Assembly: GCF_963921235.1 (NCBI RefSeq)
Contig: NC_086108.1
Location: forward strand, 88,910,001 to 88,974,000
Source: Mobula hypostoma
Taxonomy: Eukaryota
DNA length: 64,000 nucleotides
Reading direction: 5' to 3'
Below the pieces are notes generated by a model, which saw nothing but the letters and a program-made list of their open reading frames with translations, was not told where the DNA came from and did not search any database. The position numbers and the translations under genes were made by a program. This document shows positions 1-13,299 of the stretch, in pieces (within the stretch, counting starts at the first letter, position 1; each line of letters begins with the position of its first letter).

Positions 1-235
1 ATGTGCTATGTGCAGCTGGTAATGTGTTATGCAACTTGGCCCCAGAGGAACACTGTTTAGTTTGGTTATATTCATGTAGGGTTGACAGATAATTAAACTT
101 GAACTGGAATTAAACTTGAACTAAGGTAGTAATCTCTGGATCACTCCCATTACCATCTGCTAGTCAGGGCAGGATTAGCATGGCAGTATAGATAAGTGAG
201 TGGCTGAGGAACCAGCTAAAGGTTAACTTACAGGT

Positions 236-910
236 TGAGTCAGCGCTGAAGTGGGCAAATGCAATGTTAGCATTCATTTCAAGAGGTCTAGAATACAAGA
301 ACAGGGATGTGATGCTGAGGCTTTATAAGGCACTGATGAGGCCTCACTTTGAGTATTGTGAACAGTTTTAGGACCCTCATCTTAGAAATGATGTGCTGGC
401 ATTGGAGAGGGTCCTGAGGAGGTTCACAAGGATGATTCCAGGAATGAAAGGGTTATATACAAGGAACATTTGATGGCTCTGGGTCTGTACACACTGGAAT
501 TTAAAAAGATGAGGGGGGATCTCATTGAAACCTTTCGAATGTTGGAAGGCCTAGACATGGTACATGTGGAAAAGATAGTTTCCGTGTTGGGGGAGTCTAG
601 GACAAGAGGGCACAGCCTCAGGATTCATGATAGAGGGGCGTCCATTCAAAACAGAGATGTGGACAAATTTCTTTAGCCAGAAGGTAGTGAATTTGTGGAA
701 TTTGTTGCCACATATAGCTGGGGAGGCCAGGTCATTGGGTGTATTTAAGGCAGAGATTGATAGGTTCTTGATTGGACAGGGCATCAAAGGTTACGGGGAG
801 AACTTGGGAAATGGGGTTGAGGAGGAGAAAATAAGGGATCAGCCATGATTGAATGGCGGAGCAGACTCGATGGGCCAGATGCCCTAATTCTGCTCTTATG
901 TCTTAAGGTC
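236..910 (+). mobile_element. CR1 LINE, 5'-truncated 3' fragment (ORF2 C-terminus and 3' tail)
   Basis: ORFs 470-676 and 627-848 give CR1 ORF2 C-terminal peptides (LGLYTLEF..MRGDLIETF, SRTRGHSL, FFSQKVVNLWN); typical 3' tail ending ...tcttatgtcttaaggtct. Confidence 0.9.
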
Positions 911-911
911 T

Positions 912-3337
912 AACTCAAGAAACAATTAGGAAAGCCAGGAGGAGCCATAAAAAGTCCTTGACAAGTAGGATTAAAGTGAATCCCAAGGCATTCTAAACAT
1001 ACATCAATAGCAAGCATGGATGTGGAGAATGTGGGTGAGGTCCTTAATGAGTACTGTCTGTATTTATCAAGAAGATCGAGGTGGAGAATAGGGAGAACAG
1101 TGTTGAGCATATGGATATGCTAGGGCATTTTGACATTAAAGAGGAGATAGTGTTGGGTCTTTTAAAGAGCATTAAGGTAGATAAGATCTCACAGCCTGAT
1201 GGGATACACCCCAGGTTGTTGAGGGAGCCAAAAGAAGTAAATGCTGGGGCCTTGACCAATACCTTCCCATCCTCTCTATCAATAAGCAACATCCTGGAGA
1301 ACTGGCAAGTAGCTAATGTTGTTCCATTGTTGAAGGAGGGAACCAGGATAATCCTGGAGACTATAGACTGGTGAGTCTTGCATCAGTGGTAGGGAAGTTA
1401 CTGGAGAGAATTCTTAGGGATAGGATTTATGAGCATTTGGAAAACCTTGTCCTAATTAAGGAGAGCCAGCTTGGCTTTGTGCAGGGCAAGTTGTGTCTTA
1501 CTAACCTGATTGTGTTTTTTTTTAAACAAGGTGACAATGGTGATTGATGAAGGTAGAGCAGTGGATATTGTCTACATTGATTTTAGTAAGACGCTTTGCA
1601 AGTTTCCCTATGACAGGCTCATCCAGAAGATTAAGATGCATGGGATCCATAGTGAATTAGCCATTTAGATTCCGAATTGGCTTACCCATAGAAGCAGAAG
1701 GTAGTAGTTGAAGGGACTTATTCTAGCTGAAGGTTTGTGTATAGTGGTGTTCTGCAGAGATCTGTACTGGGACCTCTGCTGTTTGTGATGTGTATGAATG
1801 ACCTGGATGAAAATGTACATGGTGGGTTAGTAGGTTTGTGGATGATACGAAGATTGGTGTGTTATGGATAGCATTGAAGAATAGTAAAGAATACAATGAG
1901 ACAGATTGGTTGCAGATATGGGTGGAAAAATGGTAGATGGAGTTTAACCTGGCTAAATGTGAAGGGTTGCACCTTGGTAAGTCAAACACAAAGAGATAGT
2001 GCACTGTTAAGACCATAAGATATAGGAGCAGAATTAGGCCATTTGGCCCATCACATCTGCTGTCATTTTGTCATGGTTGATGCAATTTTTCCTCTCAGCC
2101 CCAGTCTCCTGCCTTCTCCTTGTATCCCTTCATGTCCTGACCAAGCAAGAATCTATCAACCTTTGCCTTAAATATCTATAAAGACTTGGCCTCCACGGCT
2201 TACTGTGGCAAAGAATTCCACAGATTTACCACTCCCTGGCTAAAGTAGTTCCTCATCTCCATTCTAAAAGGGCGCCCCTGAAGTTGTGTCCTCTGGTCTT
2301 AGACTCTCCCACTATATGAAACATCCTCTCTGCATCCACTGTATCAAGGCCTTTCACCATTTGATAGGTTTCAATGAGGTTACCCTTCATTCTTCTGAAT
2401 TTCAGGGAATACAAGCCCAGAGACATCGAACACTCTTCATATGACAAGCCATTCCATCCTGGAATCATCCTCGTGAACATCCTTTGAACCCTCTCCAATT
2501 TCAGTACATTCTTTCTAAGATAAGAGGCTTAAACCTGCTCACAATATTCCAAGTTACGGGCAAGATCCTTAACAGTGCCAATGAGTAGATAATGAGTAAA
2601 AGGTTCTGGGGGAGGGACTGTCAAGTTCATAGCTCCCTGAAAGTGACTACACAGGTTGATAGGGTGGTTAAGAAGGCGTTTGGCATGCTTGCTTTTATTA
2701 GTTGAGGCATTGAGTTCAAAAGTCAGGAAGTTATGTTGCAGCTTTATGAAATTTTAGTTAGGTTGCATTTGGAGTATTTCATATGGTTCTGGTCACCCCA
2801 TTTCAGGAAGGATACTTTAGAGAGAATACAGAAGAGGTTTACCAGGATTTTGCCTGGGTTAGAGAGCATGTGCTATTATGAGAGGTCAGACAAACTTGGA
2901 CAGTTTTCTTTGAAGTGGTGGAGGCCGAAGATAGATCTGGCAGAGGTTTATAATATTATGAGAGGCACAGACAGATAAAACAGACAGACAACATCATTTC
3001 CAAGTATTCAAATGTCCAAACCACAGGGCCTGCACTTAAGTTGTGAGAGGATCATTTCAAAGGAGACACGAGTGGCAAGTTTTTTATCCCCAAACACAGA
3101 ATGGTGAGTGACTGGAATGCGCTGCTTGGGGTGGTGGTACAGACAGAAACGTAAGAATTTTAAGAGACGTTTAGATAGGCACATGAATGAGAGGAAAATT
3201 GAAGGATATGGACATTGTGTAGGTGGAAGAAATTAGTTTAGTTAGCCATTTGATTATGAATTTAATTGGTTCGGTGCAACATTGTGGGCTGAAGTGCCTG
3301 TTTCTGTGCTTTGTTGTACTCTACTGTTCTATGTTCT
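912..3337 (+). mobile_element. Decayed CR1 LINE ORF2 (RT region to 3' tail), interrupted by an antisense CR1 at about 2012-2552
   Basis: ORF 1081-1374 (DKISQPDGIHPRLLRE..WQVANVVPL), RT region 1440-1990, resumes near 2553 (ORF 2733-2978 LVRLHLEY..WSPHFRKD), tail ctgttctatgttct near 3330. Confidence 0.88.
2012..2552 (-). mobile_element. CR1 LINE 3' fragment nested antisense inside another CR1
   Basis: Minus ORF 2253-2498 (ERVQRMFTRMIPG..LGLYSL..SKTRGHN); the host CR1 sequence is continuous across it (..ctgttaag | gttacggggcaagatcc). Confidence 0.88.
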
Positions 3338-3485
3338 GATATTTAGTCTGAATGACAACTGAACCTCTTGACCATATCTGCATACTTTTATGCATTGAGT
3401 TGCTGCCACATGATTGGCTGTTTAGATATTAGCATTAACAACCAGGTGTACCCAAGTATCAAATTTAGTAACCATTGATGGTCTG
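3338..3485. mobile_element. Terminal fragment of the Tc1-derived non-autonomous element
   Basis: gaacctcttgaccatatctgcatacttttatgcattgagttgctgccacatgattggctg matches the end of the copy at 55395-55515. Confidence 0.7.
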
Positions 3486-3578
3486 TTTAAAGGCAGATGA
3501 AGGAGGTGCCCCATGAGGTATTAGCAATGGTATTCATTCTATTAGTGTCACAGAAAGAATAGGGAAATGTATGACAAT

Positions 3579-3821
3579 CACAAACACAAGAAAATCTGCA
3601 GATGCTGGAGATGAGATACAAAGCAACACACACACACACAAAATGCTGGGAGCAACGCAGCAGGCTAGGCGGCATATAAAGAAAATAAACAGTTGAAGTC
3701 TGCTCCCCTTCCTTTCCTGTCCTGAAGAAGGGTGTCAGCCTGAAATGTTGACTGTTTACTCTTTTTCTTTGATGCTGCCTGGCCTGCTGCATTCCTCCAG
3801 TTTTTTTTTAATGTGTGTTGC
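3579..3821. mobile_element. Penelope-like terminal-repeat fold-back insertion with 14-bp TSD
   Basis: Two oppositely oriented terminal-repeat pieces; flanks aaatgtatgacaat (3565-3578) and aaatgaatgacaat (3822-3835); hammerhead-like gtcCTGAAGAaggg..cctGAAAtgttgac near 3718-3753. Confidence 0.8.
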
Positions 3822-3959
3822 AAATGAATGACAATAGTTGACCATTTGTGCCTTTGGGTGGAAGATCCAAAATCATAATCAGAATCATCGTAGCTTTCTC
3901 TCTGACTCCTATGTGTTTTGTAACATCTTCTGGCTCTTTTGGGTGCTGCAGTCACAGTC

Positions 3960-5770
3960 AAACCAGCAGAGGAGGCATATGAAGGTTGGGGAGAGAGAGC
4001 GAGAGATTTGAAAAAGGAGCTTTCGGGGATTTCTGGTTTCTTTTGGTGGTGGAGTCACTATTCGTTAGGAAGAGCAAATCAAAATAAGGCAGGGATGAGC
4101 ACAGCGACCATTTCTTTGGAGCGACCATTATGTGAGTGGACCAGGGTTAGGGTGGGGTGGCTTTGGCTCATCAGGCTTCAGTGAGAACAGACTTGGACAA
4201 GAGAAATATCTTCATTCTCCTTTTTTTTTTCCTTCTTCATACCAGAGGGAGATTGAAAACTTAGCTGAGTGGTATAATAGCAACAACCTCTCACTCAATG
4301 TCAATAAGCCCAAGGAACTGATTATAGACGTCAGGAGAGGGAAACCAGAAGTCCATGAGCCAGTAATCATCACAGGATCAGAGGTGGAGAAGGTCAATAA
4401 CTTTAAATTCCTAGATGTCTCCATCTCAGGGGACCTGTTCTGGACCCATCATATAAAAATTATTGCGAAGAGAGCACAACAGTGCCTCTACTTCCTCAGG
4501 GTCTGCCAAAGTTCAGCATGTCATAAAAAACCTTGGCAAATGTCTATAAATTTGTGGTGGAGAGTGTGCTGACTGGCTGCATTACAGCCTGGTATGAGAA
4601 CACCAATGTCTTTGAACAGAAAATCCTACGAAAGGTAGTGGATTTGGCCCAGTGCATCACAGGTAAAACTCCCCCAACCACTGAGCACATCTACATGAAA
4701 TGTTGCCTTAGAAAAGCAGCAACCATCATCAAAGATTCTCAACACCCAGACCATGCTCTTTTCTCGCTGCTGCCATCAGGTGGAAGGTACAGGGGCCTCA
4801 GGACTCGCACCACCAGGTTCAAGAACAGTTACTACCCCACAGCCATCAGGCTCTTGAATAAAATGGGATAACTACACTCATTTAAGGATCCTGTTATATT
4901 GTTATTTCATGCTCTTTACTTATTGCTATTTATCTGCATTTGCGCAGTTTGTTAACAGTTAACAATCCCTGATGTTTACGGTTTACAGTTACTGCTCTAT
5001 AGATTTGTTAAGTACACCTGCAGAAAAAGAATCTCAGAGTTGTATGTGGTGACATTTATGTAATCTGATAATAAATTTTACTTGGAACTTTGAACCTTGC
5101 TTCTTCTCCCTTCATCTGTTAGTACATAAAGCAGTTAGAATGACGCTGGGGGCTGTGTTACGTTCTTTGTAAGAGATGTGAGAATTCAGGGAGACCTCCA
5201 GCTATCCAGATAACCACATCTGCATCAGTTGCACCGAACTGCAGCTCCTCAGAGAATGTGTTAATGTAGGAAAACCAAGGCAGTCCTGAAGAGAGAATTT
5301 AGGGAGCTAGATGAAAGGTGAAAAGCAGGACCTTCAGGGTAGCAATCTCTGGATTGCTGCCAGTGCCATGCACCAGTGAGGATGAGAACAGGATGATTTG
5401 ACAGATGAATGCACGGCTGAGGAACTGGTGCAGGGGCCAGAGATTCAGATTTCTAGATCATTGGGATCTCTTCTGGGGAAGATATAACCTGTACAAAAGG
5501 GATGGCTTACACCTCAACCGGAGAGGGACTAATATCCTTGCAGGCAGGTTTGCTAGAGTTACTAGGGAGGGTTTAAACTACTCGGGCTGAGGATAGGGTT
5601 ATTGGTTTACAAGCAGAGACAGAGTACACAGACATTGTGAGGAAGGACAGGCAGATTACAGAGAAAAATTGCAGTCACAGGAATGAATTGCTGTGTAAAA
5701 GGGAGACAAAAAGCAATTACGAGTACAGGGCTGAAGGTATTATATTTGATTGCATGCAGTATATGGAAAA
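3960..5770 (+). mobile_element. CR1 5' region (5'UTR, ORF1 with SGNH/esterase-like end, start of ORF2), split by a Rex1 insertion
   Basis: ORF 5405-5590 (NARLRNWCRGQRFRFLDHWDLFWGRYNLYKRDGLHLNRRGTNILAGRF) is typical of the CR1 ORF1 esterase domain; Cys-rich ORF1 start near 5140; endonuclease start LKVLYL near 5730. The 5' limit is approximate. Confidence 0.75.
4240..5095 (+). mobile_element. Rex1/Babar-clade LINE, 3' fragment
   Basis: ORFs 4132-4572 and 4533-4871: NNLSLNVNKPKELIID, FKFL, ESVLTGCITAWY, HPDHALFSLLPSGGRYR, FKNSYYPTAIRLLN; tail ttggaactttgaac. Confidence 0.88.
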
Positions 5771-5779
5771 AGGTATATA

Positions 5780-6050
5780 AGGCCTGATGGAGTACCTGGT
5801 AAGGCTCTGAAAACCTGTGCCAACCAACTGGCGGGTGTGTTCCAAGGCATTGTCAATCTCTCACTGCTGCAGTTGGAAATTCCCACCTGCTTCAAAAGGG
5901 CAGTATTTATACCAGTGTCCAAGAAGAGTAGTGTGAGCTGCCTCAACGACTATCGCCCCAGTAGCGCTCACATCTATGGTGACAAAATGCTTTGAGAGGT
6001 TGGTCATGGCTGGAATCAACACCTGTCTCGGGAAGGACCTGGACCCACTG
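5780..6050 (+). mobile_element. Rex1/Babar RT N-terminal fragment
   Basis: ORF 5750-5995: PDGVPGKALKTCANQLAGVF..NLSL..PTCFK..IPVSKK..CLNDYRP. Confidence 0.85.
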
Positions 6051-6144
6051 AGAGGGTATTTAATAGAGCAAAAATTAGTGTGGAGTTAGAGGATTGTGAG
6101 ACTTTTAACAACTAACAGAAGGCAACTAAAAAGTTAATTTGAGG

Positions 6145-6735
6145 ATGAGTTGGTGGTGAAGAAGGCAACTATGATGTTAGCATTTATTTTGAGAGAATTA
6201 AAATATAAAGCAAGGACATAATGCTAAGGCTTTATAAGCCACAGGTTCTCACTCAGAGTATTGTGGACAGTTTTGAGCCCCTTATTTTAGAAAGGATGTG
6301 CTGACTTTGGGGATGCTTCAGAAGGTGCTCACAATAACGATTCCAGGAATGAAAGGTTTATCGTATGTGGGGCACTTGACGGCTCTAGGCCTTCTAGGCG
6401 TGTATTCACTGGAATTTAGAAGAATGAGGCGTAATCTCATTGAAATCTGTCAAATGTTGAAGTGGGTAAATAGAGTGGAATAGGAGAGAATATTTCCTCT
6501 ACAGGAGGAGTCTAGGACCGGAGGGCATATCCTCTCAACAGAGGGATGTCCACTTAGAACGGAGATGAGGAGGCATTACTTTAATCAGAGAGTGGTGAAT
6601 CTGTGGAATTCATTGCCGCAGGTGGCTGTGGAGGCCAGGGCATTGGATATATTTAAGGCAAAGCTTATATGTTCTTGATTAGTCAGGGCATGAAAGGTTA
6701 CGGGGAGAAATCAGGAGAATGGGGTTGAGAGGGCT
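6145..6735 (+). mobile_element. CR1 LINE 3' fragment
   Basis: ORF 6298-6483 (IPGMKGLSY..YSLEFRRMR.NLIE); similar to 236-910. Confidence 0.85.
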
Positions 6736-7049
6736 GGGCTGGGCAGCTCGTCTACCTGCTTTGCACTTTCTTAGCAGCTGTTACACTTCATTCTGCATTA
6801 TATTTGTTATTTTACTTTGTTCTACCTCAATGCATTGTGTAATGAATTGGTCTGTATGAATAACATGCAAGGCAAGCGTTCCTTTATATCTCAGTACATG
6901 TGACAAGAATAATAAAATAACAATTTTAATTTCAATGTAGACAAGAGGATATGCAAAACAGAGATGGCCTACCTCTGTCACAGTCAAAACTGGCAGCCTG
7001 TTTTGGGCTGATTCCCTGCTCTACCTCTTTCTTAAAGTGAATGAGGTTT

Positions 7050-7285
7050 TGGGAAGGAATCAGAAGAAGGAGAAAGAGGAGATTGTTGGTGAGGAGGGGG
7101 CATGGGGTGGGGGAGGGGTATGATAGTGTAGGTGGTGGGAGGCAGAAAAGAAGGGAGGGATCGATGGATGAGGTGGACGGAGGGTCTGGCAGAGGGGGAA
7201 GGGGTATGGAGAGTTTAAGGGGAGGGAGGAAAGGAAGGGAAAGGATGAAGGGGAGGGGAGTAGGGAGAGGGCAAGGATGAGTGAG
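7050..7285. repeat. Purine/G-rich low-complexity tract
   Basis: Strongly G/A-rich on the + strand with many GGG runs. Confidence 0.75.
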
Positions 7286-7794
7286 AAGCCATAAGCTGTG
7301 GACTGTCAGAACTCATGGTAGTATGAATCTCTGCTAATCAATTGCAGAAGATGGGACTGTTGATGGGGAGTTAAAACAGCTTTAGCAAGGGCCTGTGTTT
7401 GTTAGCTGTTTATCATTAATAAAGCATGAGAATAGTTCAGAAAGCAATCATGGATGAAGAACAATACATATATTCACTGCTGAATGTGCTTGGAAGAGCA
7501 CAGATGAAACATAGCAAGTATTTATTCAATGCATTTGTGTTTTATTATGTTTTACAAATAGTATGTTATACTGACAAAAAGATAGAAATAACAAGTTGAG
7601 CTTTGCAAACATGTGGCATCATTCAGACTTTGATTCCATTTTAATTCAGGTGTATCTAATCTCTTGTTTGAAGTAACCAGTCAAATCTTCTCAAGGAGCA
7701 ATCCCACACAACATATCGTTTCAATATAAAGATAGTTCAGGAGATCTGAAAGCTGCTGAACTTCTTTAGAACCACGTCCACTTCACAAATGGAA

Positions 7795-9160
7795 CAATGA
7801 ACATAGAATAACACAGGCCCTTCAGCCCATGATGTTCTGCTGACTTCTTAAGCTTTCTAAGATTTATCTAACCCTTCCCTCCCACGTAACCCTCCAATTT
7901 TTTCATCTATGCGACTACCTAAAAGTCTCTTAAATGTCCATAATATAACTGCCTCTAACACCACCTCTCACAGTGCACTCCACGCACCTACCTCTAACAT
8001 CCCCCTCTACACTTTCCCCCCAAATCACCATAAAATTATGGCCCCTCATTTTAGTCATTTCCACCCTGGGAAAAAGTCTCAGGGTGTCCAGTCTATCTTT
8101 GCCTCTTATCTCATACACCTCTATCATGTCACGTGTCATCCTCCTTAGCTCCAAAGAGAAAACCCTTAGCTCTCTAATCCAGTCAGCATCCTGGTAAATC
8201 ACCTCTGCTTCCTCTCTGAAGCTTCCATGTCTTTCCTATAATGCAGGTGAGTATGGAACAAAATACCAGGGTTTTATTGAACTGAAACATTACCTTGTGG
8301 CTCTTGAAGTCAATCCCGTTTTTGACTTACACCCACACTGACTCAGTAAACAATCCTTCTATCATGCCCTCCCCTTCTGCATGTGATACTATCCCTGATT
8401 AGCAATTCCACTCCCTCTTCTCTTTTACCTCCCCCTAGACCCTTTTGAAACGTCCAAAACCTGGAACATCCAGCAGTCATTCCTGCCCTTGTGACAACCA
8501 AGTCTCTCCAATGGACACAATGGATTGTCCCATGTACTGATTTATGTCTAAGCTCATCACCCTTGTCCTGCATTAAAAAAAGACATATTTCAACCCATTT
8601 ACCTGACTGCTGTTATGCCCTATGCTTCCTTGCAATTTCTCTACACTTTCCATTGTCCTTTACACCAATGGCTCCATCTTTGGACCTATCACTCTGGTTC
8701 CTATTTCCTTGCCAAACTATTTTAAACCTTCTCCAACAGTTCTACCAATGCGACTTGCCTTTGCATATTGGGCACACCACAGAGTTCCGGTATAACCTGT
8801 CTTTTTTGTACAGATCATACCTTTCCCAGAAGAGATCCCAAGGATCCACAAACCTGAAACCCTGCCCCTTACACCAATTCTTTTGTCTCACATTCATCTG
8901 CTAAATCATCAAATTCCAAATCTCACTGGTGTGTGGTCAGGGCAGCGATCCAGAGATTACTATCCTTGAAGTCCTGCTTTCCGCTTCCTACCTTGCTTTC
9001 TATATACTTTCTTCAGGACCTCATCCCTTTTCTTACCTCTGCTGTTGGTACTAATATGTACCACAACTTCTGGCTACTTCCTTGAAGAATGTTTTGGGCC
9101 TGATCCGAGATGTCCATGACTCTCGCAAGGAGGCAATAAATTTTACCGAAGTGTTTGTCG
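7795..9160 (-). mobile_element. Internally deleted, decayed CR1 (3' end plus endonuclease/ORF1 pieces)
   Basis: Minus ORF 7930-8202 (RELRVFSLELRRMTRDMIEVY..MRGHNF); 8340-8560 endonuclease-like (GGKREEGVELLIRDSIT); 8750-9000 antisense to ORF1-type sequence as at 5330-5580. Confidence 0.75.
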
Positions 9161-10975
9161 ATGGAACACCATTGGAACAGATCATTCCTTTTGTTAATCA
9201 ATGAGCAAAAAGTTTTCAAGAACAACTAAAAAGGTTTGTAAACTTTAGACCCTGTTTTATAATCACCAAATTTCTATGCCTTCTGGGAGAAACAAGAAGG
9301 AAATGCATGCCTATTTAGATAATGTAGCCAGGGATTTATTTACTGTAAATATCACAGCTGAGAAAGTGGCAGATGTTACAGAGACTATCTTAGAAATTAA
9401 TGGATTGTAAATTATCTCTGCCCATTTGATTGGTTAATTTACATCTGCGTATTAAGCCTAATCAATTGGAAAGATGCTCTTGTGAATAGCTATTTCACTG
9501 TTATGGAGCTCATCATTGCCAAGAATTGAACACTTTCTTATTAGAAATGCACAGTATGCTTTCAACAAGATTCTCTGCATGGGTTTCCAGCAATCTGGGG
9601 CTGTTTTATTACTATCCTAACTTATAAGGTTAGGAACAGATAAGCTTTACATAGAACAAAGAAGAGTACAACACAAGAGCAGGTCCTATGGCCCACCATG
9701 TTATGCTAAACATAATTCAATTAGCAAATCAACGCCCAACTAATCTAACCCCTTCAGTTTACAAAACATCCAATCTGTTTGTCCCAAAACAAAATTATTG
9801 GTTTGGTAAAGAGTGGACGTTTACCTGTAAGACCCTAGCTCTATAGCTTACCACTGATTAAGTGAGTAGAGCATCATGGAAGTATACAGAAGAAAAAGAA
9901 GTCACTTAGTCCATTGTCCATACCAGGTGTAAATATATAGTCCAGCAATTCCCATTTCCCAATTGGTAATCAGTAATCTTGACTTTGTTCAATTCATCCC
10001 TCTCATGACCAGTTTGTTAGTATTTATTTAAACTTGACAAATGGACTTCAATTCTTCATAATTAATATGGCCAATGCAGACAACAACAGCAACATTATTC
10101 CTGCCATACAAACCATTTTTTTTGTGTGGTAGAAAAGATCAAATTATATGAATATCAAAAGAGTACAGAATGTTGAAACTTTTACTTTAAGTTCAGAAAA
10201 TAACTGGAAAGACTCAACAGTTTAAGCAGCATCAATGGAGCCATGAACAGAGTTAATGTTTAAAGACCCTTCATTAGAAATGCTCAGACATAATTTGGGC
10301 CCCAATGGAGTTTTAACTAGCTCTTGGTGAATTGGTTGAAAACCCAGCTCCGGCCAAAAGATTTTGTAACATTCCCAGCCTATAATCATCCCGCTTTGAA
10401 CGGCCTTCTTCACCTTTCCTGCTCTGCAGCTGTTGTTATCCAACAGAAACTGAGATCCAACCATCAGCTTTCATTTAAGGCCCAGAGGTTAGGACATGCA
10501 ATTTACCTCATTGACATTACTAATTTGTCACAAACCAGGGTACAGTAGGCTCAGTAGACCATTTAGGCTCAATTTTAACCAAAACTCCATGAGTGAGATG
10601 TTACAGCTCAAATCCTTTGTGGACTACACTTATCACACACACACATGAATCACATGAAATTCTTTGGTTCAAATAATAAAAATTCTGAAATAAGCAAAAA
10701 GGTGAATTCCAGGTGTTCTGGGGCTATCTTCCAAAATGGTTTCAGTTTACATGCAAGTGTAAACTGCTTATTTCTGGTTGAATAGTGAAATATTTAAATA
10801 GATTTTATCATTTTCAAGATTGTCAGCCATATTATATCCGGCATATTATAACTTCTGGAATGCTATTTCATTCCTTTTGAAATTCAATCTGGTTTAAAAT
10901 TGCATGAGGAATTATTATTGTGTCTTTGATAGTTGAGCAGTCATTCCCAGATGAGTTCACATAAAGGTTAAAATA

Positions 10976-11498
10976 CACTCGGTGGCCACTTTATTAATTA
11001 CATCTGTACATCTGCTCATTAATGCAAATATCTAAAGAGTCAAACATTTTAATGCATAAAAATATGCAGACATGGGCAAAAGGTTCAGTTGTTCTTCCCA
11101 TCAAACATCAGAATAGGGATCAAATGTGATCCAAATGACTTTGATTGCAGAATGATTGCTGGTGCCAGACAGGGTGGTTTGAGTATTTTAGAAACTGCTA
11201 ATCTCCTGGGATTTTCACACACAGCAATTCCTAGAATTTACAGAGAATGGTGCAAAAATAAAAGAAGAATCCACTGAGCGGCATTTCTGTGGGGAAAAGC
11301 CTAGTTGCTGAGAGAGATCAGAGGAGGATGGCCTGACTGGTTTGAGCTGACAGGAAGGCGACAGTAACTCAAATTACAACAGTGGTGTGCTGAGGAGCAT
11401 CTCAGAACTCACAACATGTCAAACCTTGAAGTGGATCATCTATAGCTGCAAAAGACCATGAATGTACTCCTAATTTCTAATAAAGTAGCCACTGGGTG
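10976..11498 (+). mobile_element. Tc1/mariner-derived internally deleted DNA transposon, TA-flanked
   Basis: TIRs CACTCGGTGGCCACTTTATTA and (reverse complement) CACCCAGTGGCTACTTTATTA; TA at 10974-10975 and 11499-11500; ORF 11089-11277 keeps Tc1 N-terminal HTH-like peptide (DFDCRMIAGARQGGLSILETANLLGFSHTAIPRIYREW). Confidence 0.88.
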
Positions 11499-12294
11499 TA
11501 TATTTTAAACATTTAATCTTCCTTACTGCAGACTGTAATGATTCTGTTAAGAATGGTTAGTCAGGTTAATTATATACGATTTTACTGCACACAACTGGTC
11601 CAGTACTGATTGCTTTCAAAATAAGACAGTTGCAGAGATATCCTCAGATATTCATTAGTTGTCCGATCTGAAAATGCACAGGCACTTGTGTTTGGGTTGG
11701 ACTTAACTCCCATTTTCCCTCTCACCCCAGAATGATCATGTCTTTGCTGTCTAACTGAATGAACCATGAATGAACAAACATGGGACCATCCAATTTCAGA
11801 CAGAATCTTTTGAATCCATTAAATGAAGGGTAATTTTTATCAGCCCATCTTCACATGACACAACATTTTATCAAATGCAAAATCTGAGGACCTTATTGGG
11901 ATTGCAGTTGAGTTAGAAATCCATGCCTCACCCCAGTGGAAAGTGATCCAGCTCCTATTTCCATATGGCTCTGAGAAAGTGTTATAATGTAGGAAATTGC
12001 AGTCTTTTGAACGAGATGGTAACCTGAGTATTAACTCCCAACAAGGATCAGGATGGTCTGAGTATTTGAGAGGGGAGGAGGATGAAGAAAGGAATGATGC
12101 AAAATGATAGGGACTTTAAAATGAGTGTTTTGACCCAGGCTTTTGTCTACTCAGCCATTTCTGGGTCTAGGCAGTATGGTCCACTGCCTGTGCTATATGT
12201 TGTTAGTTGTTGGACTTTGTAGTGACTGCTTGGTTTCCTATATATTTATGGTCTCTCTTTAACAGTAATTTGTCAGTTCTGAAGTGTGTGGAAA

Positions 12295-12705
12295 ATCATA
12301 GTCATAGAATTAAGAGTTATACATCATGGAAACAGGCCTTTTAGCCCAATTAGTCCATGCCAACCATGACACTAATCCCATTTGCCAGCATTTGAAACAT
12401 TACCTTCTAAATCTTTTCATTCCATGTATATATCTGAGTGTCTTTTAAAAGCTGTAATTGTATCTGCTTTAGCCACTTCCTTAGGCAGCTCATTCCACTT
12501 ACACACCACTCTCCATACAAAAACAATGCACCTCGAGTTCCAATTAAATCTTTTCCTTTTCACTTTAAATCCATGCTCTCTAGTTCTTGATTCCCCAGCC
12601 CTGGGAAAGAAACAAGTGCAATCACTGTATCATTGGCTCTCATTATTTTTTATAACCTTTTATCAGATTAACTCTCAGTCTCCTTGCTCAAAAGAATGAA
12701 GCCCG
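12295..12705 (-). mobile_element. Old CR1 3' fragment
   Basis: catagtcatag tail and ggaaacaggccttttagccc 3'UTR in antisense, followed by degenerate ORF2 end. Confidence 0.7.
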
Positions 12706-13299
12706 AGACTTTAAAAAAAGAGAATTCTCTTTTTAAACTGTATATTCTGAGCTGGAACACAGCGTCATCATAAGAACTGGCAATATCCTTACAAGATACC
12801 CTAGTTGTGCAAACTTCATGAAGAGGATTACTTCAGCAACAGTTGAAATGTTATATTCCAACTGCTTAAATGTTTTGCGTTAATTTTGCTTTACGACAGC
12901 GCAATAACAATTAGGCTTCAATCTCTGCTTCAAATTGTGGTACAGGAATTTAATGCTGAAACAGTGAGAAAAATATAACAATTAAAAAGATTGTCCTTGC
13001 ATAGTAATAAACCTGCTTATGCTTTCTCTGAGTTGTTTGAATGTAAATAGACATTGCTATGCAGACTACTAGTCTACAAAGTCACTATGTTGCATCTAAA
13101 TTTTCCAAGCTACGATGTACTCAACAAAACAACTCTTAAAGAGGCGGTACTTGCAAGTTCTAATCAAAGGAAATGCTTTTACGCCTACCTGGATATGTCC
13201 TTGTGCAGATTAGACAACAATCAAAATTCCTCAAGGGATGAAGGAAACACTTTGTACATGAAAGATTTCTCTCTGGAGCATTTCAAATGTTTAAAATAA

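Noticed and set aside
4132..4871. Rex1 peptides as host-gene exons
   Set aside because: The same sequence occurs many times in both orientations with frameshifts and LINE tails.
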